A DNA stretch of 64,000 nt from the NCBI GenBank assembly GCA_964016885.1, contig OZ024760.1, positions 30,318,001 to 30,382,000 of the forward strand. The letters are read 5' to 3'. Positions 1-13,500 of the stretch are shown here, piece by piece. The translations under genes were made by a program, and so were the position numbers. Below the pieces are notes generated by a model. It was not told the DNA's origin and did not search any database. It worked only from the letters and a program-made list of their open reading frames with translations. The first letter of the stretch is position 1. Each line of letters opens with the position of its first letter. The DNA is from Eledone cirrhosa (lineage: Eukaryota).

Positions 1-867
1 ATGAAATGTAATGTAATGTAATATAATGTAATGTGTAATGTAATGTAATGTAATATGGAATGTAATGTAATGTAATGTAATGTAATGTAATGTAATGTAA
101 TGTAATGTAATGTAATGTAATGTAATGTGTAATGTAATGTAATGTAATGTAATGTGTAATGTAATGTAATGTAATGCAATGTAATGTAATGTAATGTGTA
201 ATGTAATGTAATGTAATGTAATGTAACGTAATGTAATGTAATGTGTAATGTAATGAAATTTGTAATGTAATGTTTAATGTAATGTAATGTAATGTAATGT
301 AGTGTAATGTAATGTTATGTAATGTAATGTAATGTTATGTTTAATGTAATGTAATGTAATATAATTTAATTTTTAATGTAATGTAATGTAATGTAATGTA
401 ATGTAATGTAATGTAATGTAATGTGTAATGTAATGTAATGTAATGTAATGTAACGTAATGTTTAATGTAAAGTAATGTAATGTAATGAAATGTAATGTAA
501 TGTGTAATGTAATGTAACGTAGTGTAATGTAATATAATGTGTAATGTAATGTAATGTAATGTAATGTAATGTAATGTAATGAGTAAATGTGTAATGTAAT
601 GTAATGTAATGTGTAATGTAATGTAATGAAATATGTAATGTAATGTAATGTAATGTGTAATGTAATGTAATGTAATGTAATGTAATGTATAACGTAATGT
701 AATGTAATGTAATGTAATGTGTAATGTAATGTAATGTGTAATGTAATGTAATGTATTGTAATGTGTAATGTAATGTAATGTAATGTAATGTAATGTAATT
801 TAATGTAATGTAATGTAATGTAATGTAATGTAATGGAATGTAATGTAATGTAATGTGTAATGTAATG

Positions 868-3800
868 TAATGCAATGCAATGCAATGCAAGCCAATGCAA
901 TGCAATGCAATGCAATGTAATGTAATGTAATGTAATGTAATGTGTAATGTAATTTAATGTAATGTAATATAATGTAATGTGTAATGTAATGTAATGTAAT
1001 ATGGAATGTAATCTAATGTAATGTAATGTGTAATGTAATGTAATGTAATGTAATGTAATGTGTAATGTAATGTAATGTAATGTAACGTGTAATGTAATGT
1101 AATGTAATGTAACGTGTAACGTAATGTAATGTAATGTAATGTAATGTAATGTAATGTGTAATGCAATGTAATGTAATGTAATGAAATGTAATGTGTAATG
1201 TAATGTAATGTAATGTAATGTAATGTAATGTAATGTAATGTAATGTAATGTAATGTGTAATGTAATGTAATGTAATGTAGTATGTAATGTAATGTAATGT
1301 AATGTAATGTAATGTAATGTATTGTAATGTAATGTAATGTAATGCAATGCAATGCAATACAATGCAATGCAATGTAACGTAATGTAATGTAATGTAATGT
1401 GTAATGTAATGTAATGTGTAATGTAATGTAATGTAATGTAATGTAATGTAATGTAATTTAATATAATGTAATGTAATGTAATGTAATGTAATGTAATGTA
1501 ATGTAATGCAATGTAATTTAATGTAATGTGTAATGTAATGTAATGTAATGTAATGTGTAATGTAATGTAATGTAATGTAATGTAACGTAACGTAATGTAA
1601 TGTAATTTAATGTGTGATGTAATGTAATGTAATGTCATGTAATGTAATGTAATGTAATGTGTAATGTAATGTAATAGTGTAATGTAATGTAATGTAATGT
1701 AATGTAATGTAATGTAATGTAATGTAATGTAATGTAATGTAATGTAATGTGTAATGTAATGTAATGTAATGTAATGTAATATAATGTGTAATGTAATGTA
1801 ATATAATGTAATGTAGTATGTAATGTAACGTAATGTAATGTAATATGTAATGTAATGTAACGTCTAATGTAATGTATTGTAATGTAATGTAATGTAATGT
1901 AATATGTAATGTAATGTATTGTAATGTAAAGTAATGTAATGTAATGTAATGTGTAATGTAATGTAATGTAATGCAATCTGTAATGTAATATAATGTAATG
2001 TAATGTAATGTGTAATGTAATGTAATGTAATGTAATGTAATGTAATGTAATGCAATGCAATGCAATGCAATGCAATGAAATGCAATGAAATGCAATGAAA
2101 TACAATGCAATGCAATGCAATGCAATGCAATGTAATGTAATGTAATGTAATGTAACGTAATGTAATGTAATGTAACGTAACGTAACGTAATGTAATGTGT
2201 AATGTAATGTAATGTAATGTAATATGTAATGTAATGTAATGTGTAATGTAATGTAATGTAATGTAATGTAATGCAATGTAATGTAATGTGTAATGTAATG
2301 TAATGTAATGTAATGTAATGTAATGTAATGTAATTTAATGTAATGTAAAGTAATGTAATGTAATGTAATGTGTAATGTAATGTAATGTAAAGTAATGTAA
2401 TGTGTAATGTAATGTAATGTGTAATGTAATGTAATGTAATGTAATGTAATGTAATGTACTGTAATGCATTGTAATATAATATTTAATATGTAATGTAATG
2501 TAATGTAACGTAACGTAACGTAACGTAATGTAATGTAATGTAATGTAATATGTAATGTAATGTAATGTAGTGTAATGTAATGTAATGTAATGTTATGTAA
2601 TGTAATGTAATGTGTAATGTAATGTAATGTAATGTAATGTAATGTAATGTGTAATGTAATGTAACGTAATGTATAATGTAATGTAATATAATGTGTAATG
2701 TAATGTAATGTAATGTAATGTAATGTAATGTAATGTAATGTGTAATGTAATGTAATGTAATGTAATGTAATGTAATGTAATGTGTAATGTGTAATCTAAT
2801 GTAATGTAATGTAATGTAATGTGTAATGTGTAATGTAATGTAATGTAATATGTAATGTAATGTAGTGTAATTTAATGTAATGTTTAATGTAATGTAATGT
2901 AATGTAATGTAATGTAATATCTAACGTAATGTAATGTAATGTAATGTAATGTAATGTAATGTAATGTAATGTAATGTAATGTAATGTAATGTAATGTAAT
3001 GTGTAATGTGTAATGTAATGTAATGTAATGTGTAATGTAATGTAATGTAATTTAACGTAATGTAATGTGTAATGTAACGTGTAATGTAATGTAATGTAAT
3101 GTAATGTAATGTAATGTGTAATGTAATGTAATATAATGTAATATATAATGTAATGTAATGTAATGTAATGTAATGTAATGTAATGTAATGTAATGTAATG
3201 TAATGTAATGTAATGTAATGTAATGTGTAATGTAATGTAATGTAATGTAATGTAATGTACTGTAATGTGTAATGTAATGTAATGTAATGTAATGTAATGT
3301 AATGTAATGTAATGTAATATGTAATGTAATGTAATGTAATATGTAATGTAATGTAATGTAATTTAATGTAATGTTTAATGTAATGTAATGTAATGTAATG
3401 CAATGTAATGTAATATCTAACGTAATGTCATGTAATGTAATGTAATGTAATGTAATGTAATGTAATGTAATGTGTAATGTAATGTAATGTAATGTAATGT
3501 GTAATGTAATGTAATGTAATGTAACGTAATGTAATGTGTAATGTAATGTAACGTGTAATGTAATGTAATGTAATGTGTAATGTAATGTAATATAATGTAA
3601 TATATAATGTAATGTAATGTAATGTAATGTGTAATGTAATGTAATGTAATGTAATGTAATGTAATGTAATGTGTAATGTAATGTAACGTAATGTAATGTA
3701 ATGTGTAATGTAATGTAATGTAATGTAATGTGTAATGTAATGTAATGTAGTGTAATGTATAATGTAATGTGTAATGTAATGTAATGTAAGGTAATGTGTA

Positions 3801-6735
3801 ATGTAATGTAATGTAGTGTAACGTAGAATGTAATGTGTAATGTAATGTAATGTAATGTAATGTAATGTGTAATGTAATGTAATGTAAAGTGTAATGTAAT
3901 GTAATGTAATGTAATGTAATGTAATGTAATGTAATGTAATTTAATGTGTAATGTAATGTAATGTAATGTAATGTAAAGTAATGTAATGTAATGTGTAATG
4001 TGTAATGTAATGTAATGTAATGTAATGTAATGTAATGTAATGTAATGTAATGTAATGTAATGCAATGCAATGTAATGTAATGTGTAATGTGTAATGTGTA
4101 ATGTAATGTAATGTAATGTAATGTGTAATGTAATGTAATGTAATCTAATGTAATGTAATGTAATGTGTAATGTAATGTAATGTAATGTAATTTAATGTAA
4201 TGTGTAATGTAATGTAATGTAATGTAATGTAATGTGTAATGTAATGTAATGTAATGTAATGTAATGTAATGTAATGTTATGTGTAACGTAATGTAATGTA
4301 ATGTAATGTGTTATGTAATGTAATGTGCAATGTAATGTAATGTAATGTAATGTAATGGAATGTAATGAGTAATGTAATGTAATGTAATGTGTAATGTAAT
4401 GTAATGTAATGTAATGTAGTGTAATGTAATGTAATGTGTATTGTAATGTAATGTAATGTAATGTAATGTAATGTAATGTAACGTTATGTGTAATGTAATG
4501 TAATGTAATGTGTAATGTAATGTAATGTAATATGTAATGTAATGTAATGTAATGTAATGTAATGTAATGTGTAATGTAATGTAATGTAATGTAATGTGTA
4601 ATGTAATGTAATGTAATGTAATGTAATTTAATTTAATGTAATGTAATGTGTAATGTAATGTGTAATGTAATGTAATGTAATGTGTAATGTAATGTAACGT
4701 AATGTGTAATGTAATGTAATGTAATGTAATTTAATGTAATGTAATGTAATGTAATGTAATGTAATGTAATGTGATGTGTAATGAAATGTATTGTAATGTA
4801 ATGTAATGTAATGTAATGTGTAATGTAATGTAATGTAATGTGTAATGTCATGTAATGTAATGTAATGTAATGTAATGTAATGTAATGTAATGTAATGTAA
4901 TGTAATGTGTAATGTAATGTAATGTATTGTGTAATGTAATATAATGTAATGTTTAATGTAATGTAATGTAATGTAATGTAATGTAATGTAATGTAATGTA
5001 ATGTAATGTAATGTAATGTAATGTTATGTTTTATGTAATGTAATGTAATATAATGTAATTTTTAATGTAATGTAATGTAATGTAATGTAATGTAATATAA
5101 AGTGTAATGTAATGTAATGTAATGTAACGTAATGTTTAATGTAAAGTAATGTAATGTAATGAAATGTAATGTAATCTGTAATGTAATGTAATGTAATGTA
5201 ATGTAATGTAATGTAATATAATGTTTAACGTAATGTAATATAATGTAATGTAATGTAATGTATTGTAATGTGTAATGTAATGTAATGTAATGTAATGTAA
5301 TGTTTAATGTAATGTAATGTAATGTAATGTAATGTAATGTAATGTAATGTAATGTAATGTAATGTGTAATGTAATGTAATGTAATGTAATGTAATGTAAT
5401 GTAATGTTTAATGTAATGTAATGTAATGTAATGCAATGTAATATGTAATGTAATGTAATGTAATGTGTAATGTAATGTAATGTAATGTAATGTAAGGTGT
5501 AATGTAATGTAATGTAATGTAATGTAATGTAATGTAATGTGTAATGTAATGTAATGTGTAATGTAATGTAATGTAATGTAATGTAATGTAATGTAATGTA
5601 ATGTGTAATGTAATGTAATGTAATGTAATGTAATGTAATGTAATGTAATGTAATGTGTAATGTAATGTAATGCAATGCAATGCAATACAATGCAATGCAA
5701 GGCAATGCAATGCAATGCAATGTAATGTAATGTAATGTAATGTAATGTAATGTGTAATGAAATGTAATGTAATGTAATATAATGTAATGTGTAATGTAAT
5801 GTAATGTAATATGGAATGTAATGTAATGTAATGTAATCTAATGTAATGTAATGTAATGTGTAATGTAATGTAATGTAATGTAATGTAATGTAATGTAATG
5901 TAATGTAATGTAATGTAATGTGTAATGTAATGTAATGTAATGTAATGTGTAATATATAATGTAATGTAATGTAATGTAATGTAGTGTAATGTAATGTGTA
6001 ATGCAATGTAATGTAATGTAATGTAATGTGTAATGTAATGTAATGTAATGTAATGTAACGTAATGTAATGTAATGTAATGTAATGTAATGTAATTTAATG
6101 TGTAATGTAATGTAATGTAATGTAATGTAGTATGTAATGTAATGTAATGTAATGTAATGTAATGTAATCTAATGTAATGTAATGTAATGTAATGTAATAT
6201 GTAATGTAAAGTAATGTAATGAAATGAAATGAAATGAAATGAAATGAAATGAAATGAAATGTAATGTAATGTAATGTAATGTAATGTAATGTAATGTAAT
6301 GTAATGTAATGTAATGTAATGTAATGTAATGTAATGTAATGTAATGTAATGTAATGTAATGTAATGTAATGTAATGTAATGTAATGTAATGTAATGTAAT
6401 GTAATGTAATGTAATGTAATGTAATGTAATGTAATGTAACGTAACGTAACGTAACGTAACGTAACGTAACGTAACGTAACGTAACGTAACGTAACGTAAC
6501 GTAACGTAATGTAATGTAATGTAATGTAATGTAATGTAATGTAATGTAATGTAATGTAATGTAATGTAATATGTAATGTAATATGTAATGTAATGTAATG
6601 TAAAGTGTAATGTAATGTAATATAATGTAATGTAATGTAATGTGTAATGTAATGTAATATAATGTAATGTGTAACGAAATGTAATGTAATGCAATGCAAG
6701 CAATGAAATGCAATGCAATGCAATGCAATGCAATG
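868..6735. repeat. Clusters of (AATGC)n variant runs restricted to the left flank
   Basis: Runs of about 5-15 GCAAT-type units at ~870-915, ~1343-1372, ~2052-2130, ~5672-5720 and ~6691-6733. Elsewhere GCAAT appears only singly or doubly. Confidence 0.9.
6221..6570. repeat. Compound perfect pentamer tract (GAAAT)8-(GTAAT)35-(GTAAC)14-(GTAAT)13
   Basis: Counted directly: 6221-6260, 6261-6435, 6436-6505, 6506-6570; all in one 5-bp phase with no 7-mer interruptions. Confidence 0.95.
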
Positions 6736-7599
6736 TAATGTAATGTAATGTAATGTGTAATGTAATGTAATGTAATGTGTAATGTAATGTAATGTAATGT
6801 AATGTAATGTAATGTAACGTAATTTAATGTAATGTAATGTGTAATGTAATGTAATTCAATGTAACATAATGTAATGTAATGTAACATAACGTAAAGTAAT
6901 GTAATGTGTAATGTAATGTAATGTAATGTAATGTAATGTAATGTAATGTGTAATGTAATGTAATGTAAAGTAATGTAATGTGTAATGTAATGTAATGTGT
7001 AATGTAATGTAATGTAATGTACTGTAATGCAATGTAATGTAATATTTAATATGTAATGTAATGTACTGTAATGCAATGTAATGTAATATTTAATATGTAA
7101 TGTAATGTAATGTAATGTAACGTAACATAATGTAATGTAATGTAATGTAATGTAATGTGTAATGTAATGTAATATGTAATGCAGTGTAATGTAAAGTAAT
7201 GTAATGTAATGTTATGTAATGTAATGTAATGTGTAATGTAATGTAATGTAATGTAATGTAATTTAATGTAATGTTTAATGTAATGTAATGTAATGTAATG
7301 TAATGTAATGTAATACGTAATGTAATGTAACGTAATGTAATGTAATGTAATGTAATGTAACGTGTAATGTAATGTAATGTAATGTGTAATGTAATGTAAT
7401 GTAATGTAATGTAATGTGTAATGTAATGTAATGTAATGTAATGTAATATAATGTTTAATGTAATGTAATATAATGTAATGTAATGTAATGTAATGTAATG
7501 TATTGTAATGTGTAATGTAATGTAATGTAATGTAATGTAATGTAATGTAATGTAATGTGTAATGTAATGTAATGTAATGTAATGTAATGTAATGTAATG

Positions 7600-10500
7600 T
7601 AATGTAATGTAATGTATAATGTAATGTAATGTAATGTAATGTAATATTTAATGTAATGTAATGTAATGTAATGTAATGTAATATGTAATGTAATGTAATG
7701 TGTAATGTAATGTAATGTAATGTAATGTAATGTAATGTAATGTAATGTGTAATGTAACGTAATGTAATGTAATGTAATGTAATGTGTAATGTAATGTAAT
7801 GTGTAAGGTAATGTAATGTAATGTAATGTAATGTAATGTAATGTAATGTAATGTGTAATGTAATGTAATGTAATGTAATGTAATGTAATGTAATGTAATG
7901 TAATGTAATGTAATGTAATGTGTAATGTAATGTAATGTAATATAATGTGTAATGTAATGTAATGTAATGTAATGTAATGTAATGTAATGTAATGTAATGT
8001 AATGTAATGTGTAATGTAATGTAATGTAAGTAATGTAATGTAATGTAATGTGTAATGTGTAATGTAATGTAATGTAATGTAATGTAATGTAATGTGTAAT
8101 GTAATGTAATGTAATGTAATGTAATGTGTATTGTGTAATGTAATGTAATGTGTAATGTAATGTAATGTATTGTAATGTAATGTAATGTAATGTAATGTGT
8201 AATGTAATGTAATGTAATGTAACGTGTAACGTAACGTAATGTAATGTAATGTGTAATGTAATGTAATATAATGTAATATAATATAATGTGTAATGTAATG
8301 TAATGTAATGTAATGTGTAATGTAATGTAATGTAATGTAATGTGTAAAGTAATGTAATGTAATGTAACGTTAAATGTAATGTAATGTAATGTAATGTGTA
8401 ACGTAATGTAATGTAATGTAATGTAATGTGTAATGTAATGTAATGTAATGTAATGTAACGTAATGTAATGTGTAATGTAATGTAATGTGTAATGTAATGT
8501 AATGTAATGTAATGTAATGTAATGTGTAATGTAATGTAATGTAATGTAATGTAATGTAATGTAAGTGTAATGTAATGTAATGTAATGTAATGTAAAGTAA
8601 TGTAATGTAATGTAATGTAATGTGTAACGTAATGTAATGTAATGTAATGTAATGTAATGTAATGTAATGTAATGTGTAATGTAATGTAATGTAATGTAAT
8701 GTAACGTAATGTAATGTAATGTGTAATGTAATGTAATGTAATATAATGTAATGTAATGTAATGTGTAAAGTATTGTAATGTTTAATGTAATGTAATGTAA
8801 TGTAATGTAATGTAATGTGTAATGTAATGTAATGTAATGTAATGTGTAATGTAATGTAATGTTTAACGTAATGTAATTTAATGTATTGTGTAATGTAATG
8901 TAATGAAATGTAATGTAACGTAATGTAAGGTAATGTAATGTGTAATGTAATGTAATGTAATGTAATGTAATGCAATGTGTAATGTATGTAATGTAATGTA
9001 ATGTGTAATGTAATGTAATGTAATGTGTAATGTAATGTAATGTAATGTAATGTGTAATGTAATGTAATGTAATGTAATGTGTAACGTAATGTAATGTAAT
9101 GTAATGTAATGTAATGTAACGTAATGTAATGTGTAACGTGAAGTAATGTAATGTAATGTAATGTAATGTAATGTAATATGTAATGTAATGTAATATAATG
9201 TAATGTAATGTGTAATGTAACATAATGTAATGTAATGTAATGTAATGTGTCATGTAATGTAATGCAATGTAATGTGTAATGTAATGTAATGTAATGTAAT
9301 GTGTAATGTAATCTAATGTAATGTAATGTAATGTAATGTAATGCAATGTAATGTAATGCAATGTAATGTTTAATGTAATGTAATGTAATGTAATGTTTAA
9401 TGTAATGTAATGTAATTTAATGTAATGTAATATAATGTAATTTTTAACGTAATGTAATGTGTAATGTAATGTAATGTGTAATGTAATGTAATGTAATGTA
9501 ATGTAATGTGTAATGTGTAATGTAATGTAATGTAATGTAATGTAATGTAATGTAATGTAATGTAATGTAATGTGTAATGTAATGTGTAATGTAATGTAAT
9601 GTGTAATGTAATGTAATGTAATGTAATGTAATGTAATGTAATGTGTAATGTGTAATGTAATGTAATGTAATTTAATGAAATGTAATGAAATGTAATGTAA
9701 TGTAATATGTAATGTAATGTAATGTAATATGGAACGTAATGTAATGTAATGTAATCTAATCTAATCTAATGTAATGTGTAATGTAATGTAATGTAATGTA
9801 ATGTAATGTAATGTAATGTGTAATGTAATGTGTAATGTAATGTAATGTAATGTAATGTAATGTAATATGTAATGTAAAGTAATGTAATGTAATGTAATGT
9901 AATATGTAATGTAATGTAATGTAATGTAATGTAATGTAATGTGTAATGTAATGTAATGTGTAATGTAATGTAATGTAATGTAATGTAATGTAATGTAATG
10001 TGTAATGTAATGTAATGTAATGTAATGTAATGTGTAATGTAATGTCATTTGTAATGTAATGTAATGTAATGTAGTGTGTAATGTAATGTAATGTAATGTA
10101 ATGTAATGTAATGTAATGTAATGTAATGTAATGTGTAATGTAATGTAATGTAATGTAATGTAATGTAATGTAATGTAATGTAATGTGTAATGTAATGAAA
10201 TGTGTAATGTAATGTAATGTAATGTAATGTAATATGTAACGTAATGTAATGTAATATAAAGTAATGTAATATGTAATGTAATGTAACGTAATGTAATGTA
10301 ATGTAATGTAATGTAATGTGTAGTGTAATGTAATATAATGTAATGTAAAGTAATGTAATGTAATGTAATGTGTAATGTAATGTAATGTGTAATGTAATGT
10401 AATGTAATGTAATGTAATGTAACGTAATATAATGTAATGTAATGTAAATTAAAGTGTAATGTAATGTAATCTAATGTAATGTAATCTGATGTGTAATGTA

Positions 10501-13500
10501 ATGTTATGTAATGTAATGTAATGTGTAATGTAACGTAATGTAATGTAATGTAATGTAAGGTAATGTAATGTAATGTAATGTAATGTAATGTGTAATGTAA
10601 TGTAATGTAATGTAATGTAGTGTGTAATGTAATGTAATGTAATGTAATGTAATGTAATGTAATGTGTAATGTAATGTAATGTAATGTAATGTAATGTGTA
10701 ATGTAATGTAATGTAATGTGTAATGTAATGTAATGTAATGTAATGTAATGCAATGTGTAATGTAATGTAATCTAATGTAATGTAATGTTTAATGTAATGT
10801 AATGTAATGTAATGTGTAATGTAATGTAATGTAATGTAACGTAATGTGTAATGTAATGTAAGGTAATGTAATGTAATGTAATGTAATGTAATGTAATGTG
10901 TAATGTAATGTAATGTAATGTAATGTGTAATGTAATGTAATGTAATGTAATGTAATGTGTAATGTAATGTAATGTAATGTGTAATGTAATGTAATGTAAT
11001 GTAATGTAATGCAATGTGTAATGTAATGTAATCTAATGTAATGTAATGTTTAATGTAATGTAATGTAATGTAATGTGTAATGTAATGTCATGTAAAGTAA
11101 TGTAATGTGTAATGTAATGTAATGTGTAATGTAATGTAATGTAATGTAACGTAATGTAATGTAATGTAATGCAATATTTAATATGTAATGTAATGTAACG
11201 TAATGTAATGTAATGTAATGTAATGTAATGTAATGTAATGTAATGTAATGTAATGTAATATGTAATGTAATGTGTAATGTAATGTAATGTAACGTGTAAT
11301 GTAATGTAATGTAATGTAATATAATGTAATGTAATGTGTAATGTAATGTAATGTAATGTAATGTAATGTAATTTAATGTAATGTAATGTAATGTAATGTA
11401 ATGTAATGTAATGTAATGTAATGTAATGTGTAATGAAATGTAATGTAATGTAATGTAATGTAATGTGTAATGTAATGTAATGTAATGTGTAATGTAATGT
11501 AATGTAATGTAATGTAATGTAATGTAATGTAATGAAATGTAACGTAATGTGTAATGTAATGTAATGTAATGAAATGTAATGTAATGTGTAATGTAATTCA
11601 ATGTAACGTAATGTAATGTAATGTAACGTAATGTAACGTAATGTAATGTGTAATGTAATGTAATGTAATGTAACGTAATGTGTAATGTAATGTAAGGTAA
11701 TGTAATGTAATGTAATGTAATGTAATGTAATGTAATGTGTAATGTAATGTAATGTATGTAATGTGTAATGTAATGTAATGTGTAATGTAATATAATGTAA
11801 TGTAATTTAATGTAATGTGTAATGTAATGTCATGTAAAGTAATGTAATGTGTAATGTAATGTAATGTGTAATGTAATGTAAAGTAATGTAACGTAATGTA
11901 ATGTAATGTAATGCAATATTTAATATGTAATGTAATGTAACGTAATGTAATGTAATGTAATGTAATGTAACGTAATGTAATGTAATGTAATGTAATGTAA
12001 TGTAATGTAATGTAATGTAATGTAATGTAATATGTAATGTAATGTGTAATGTAATGTAATGTAACGTGTAATGTAATGTAATGTAATGTAATATAATGTA
12101 ATGTAATGTGTAATGTAATGTAATGTAATGTAATGTAATGTAATGTAATTTAATGTAATGTAATGTAATGCAATGTAATGTAATGTAATGTAATGTAATG
12201 TAATGTAATGTGTAATGAAATGTAATGTAATGTAATGTAATGTAATGTAATGTGTAATGTAATGTAATGTAATGTGTAATGTAATGTAATGTAATGTAAT
12301 GTAATGTAATGTAATGTAATGTAATGTAATGAAATGTAACGTAATGTGTAATGTAATGTAATGTAATGTAATGTAATATAATGTGTAATGTAATGTAATA
12401 TAATGTAATGTTTAATGTAATGTAATGGAATGTAACGTTATGTTTAATGTTATGTAATGTAATATAATGTAATTTTTAATGCAATGTAATGTAATGTAAT
12501 GTAATGTGTAAAGTAATGTAATGTAATGTAATGTAAAGTAATGTAATGTAATGTAATGTGTAATGTAATGTAATGTAATGTGTAATGTAATGTAATGTAA
12601 CGTAATGTAATGTAATGTAATGTAATGTAATGTAATGTGTAATGTAATGTAATGTGTAATGTAATGTAATGTAATGTAATGTAATGTAATGTAATGTAAT
12701 GTAATGTAATGTAATGTAATGTGTAATGTAATGTAATGTAATATAATGTGTAATGTAATGTAATGTAATATAATGTAATGTAATGTAATGTAATGTAATG
12801 TAATGTAATGTAATGTAATGTGTAATGTAATGTAATGTAATGTAATGTAATGTAATGTAATGTAATGTGTAATGTAATGTAATGTAATGTAATGTAATGT
12901 AATGTAATGTAATGTAATGTAATGTGTATTGTGTAATGTAATGTAATGTAATGTGTAATGTAATGTAATGTATTGTAATGTAATGTAATGTAATGTAATG
13001 TGTAATGTAATGTAATGTATTGTAACGTGTAACGTAACGTAATGTAATGTGTAATGTAATGTAATATAATGTAATATAATATAATGTGTAATGTAATGTA
13101 ATGTAATGTAATGTGTAATGTAATGTAATGTAATGTGTAAAGTAATGTAATGTAATGTAACGTTAAATGTAATGTAATGTAATGTAATGTGTAACGTAAT
13201 GTAATGTAATGTAATGTAATGTGTAATGTAATGTAATGTAATGTAATGTAACGTAATGTAATGTGTAATGTAATGTAATGTGTAATGTAATGTAATGTAA
13301 TGTAATGTAATGTAATGTGTAATGTAATGTAATGTAATGTAATGTAATGTAATGTAAGTGTAATGTAATGTAATGTAATGTAATGTAAAGTAATGTAATG
13401 TAATGTAATGTAATGTAATGTGTAACGTAATGTAATGTAATGTAATGTAATGTAATGTAATGTAATGTGTAATGTAATGTAATGTAATGTAATGTAACGT

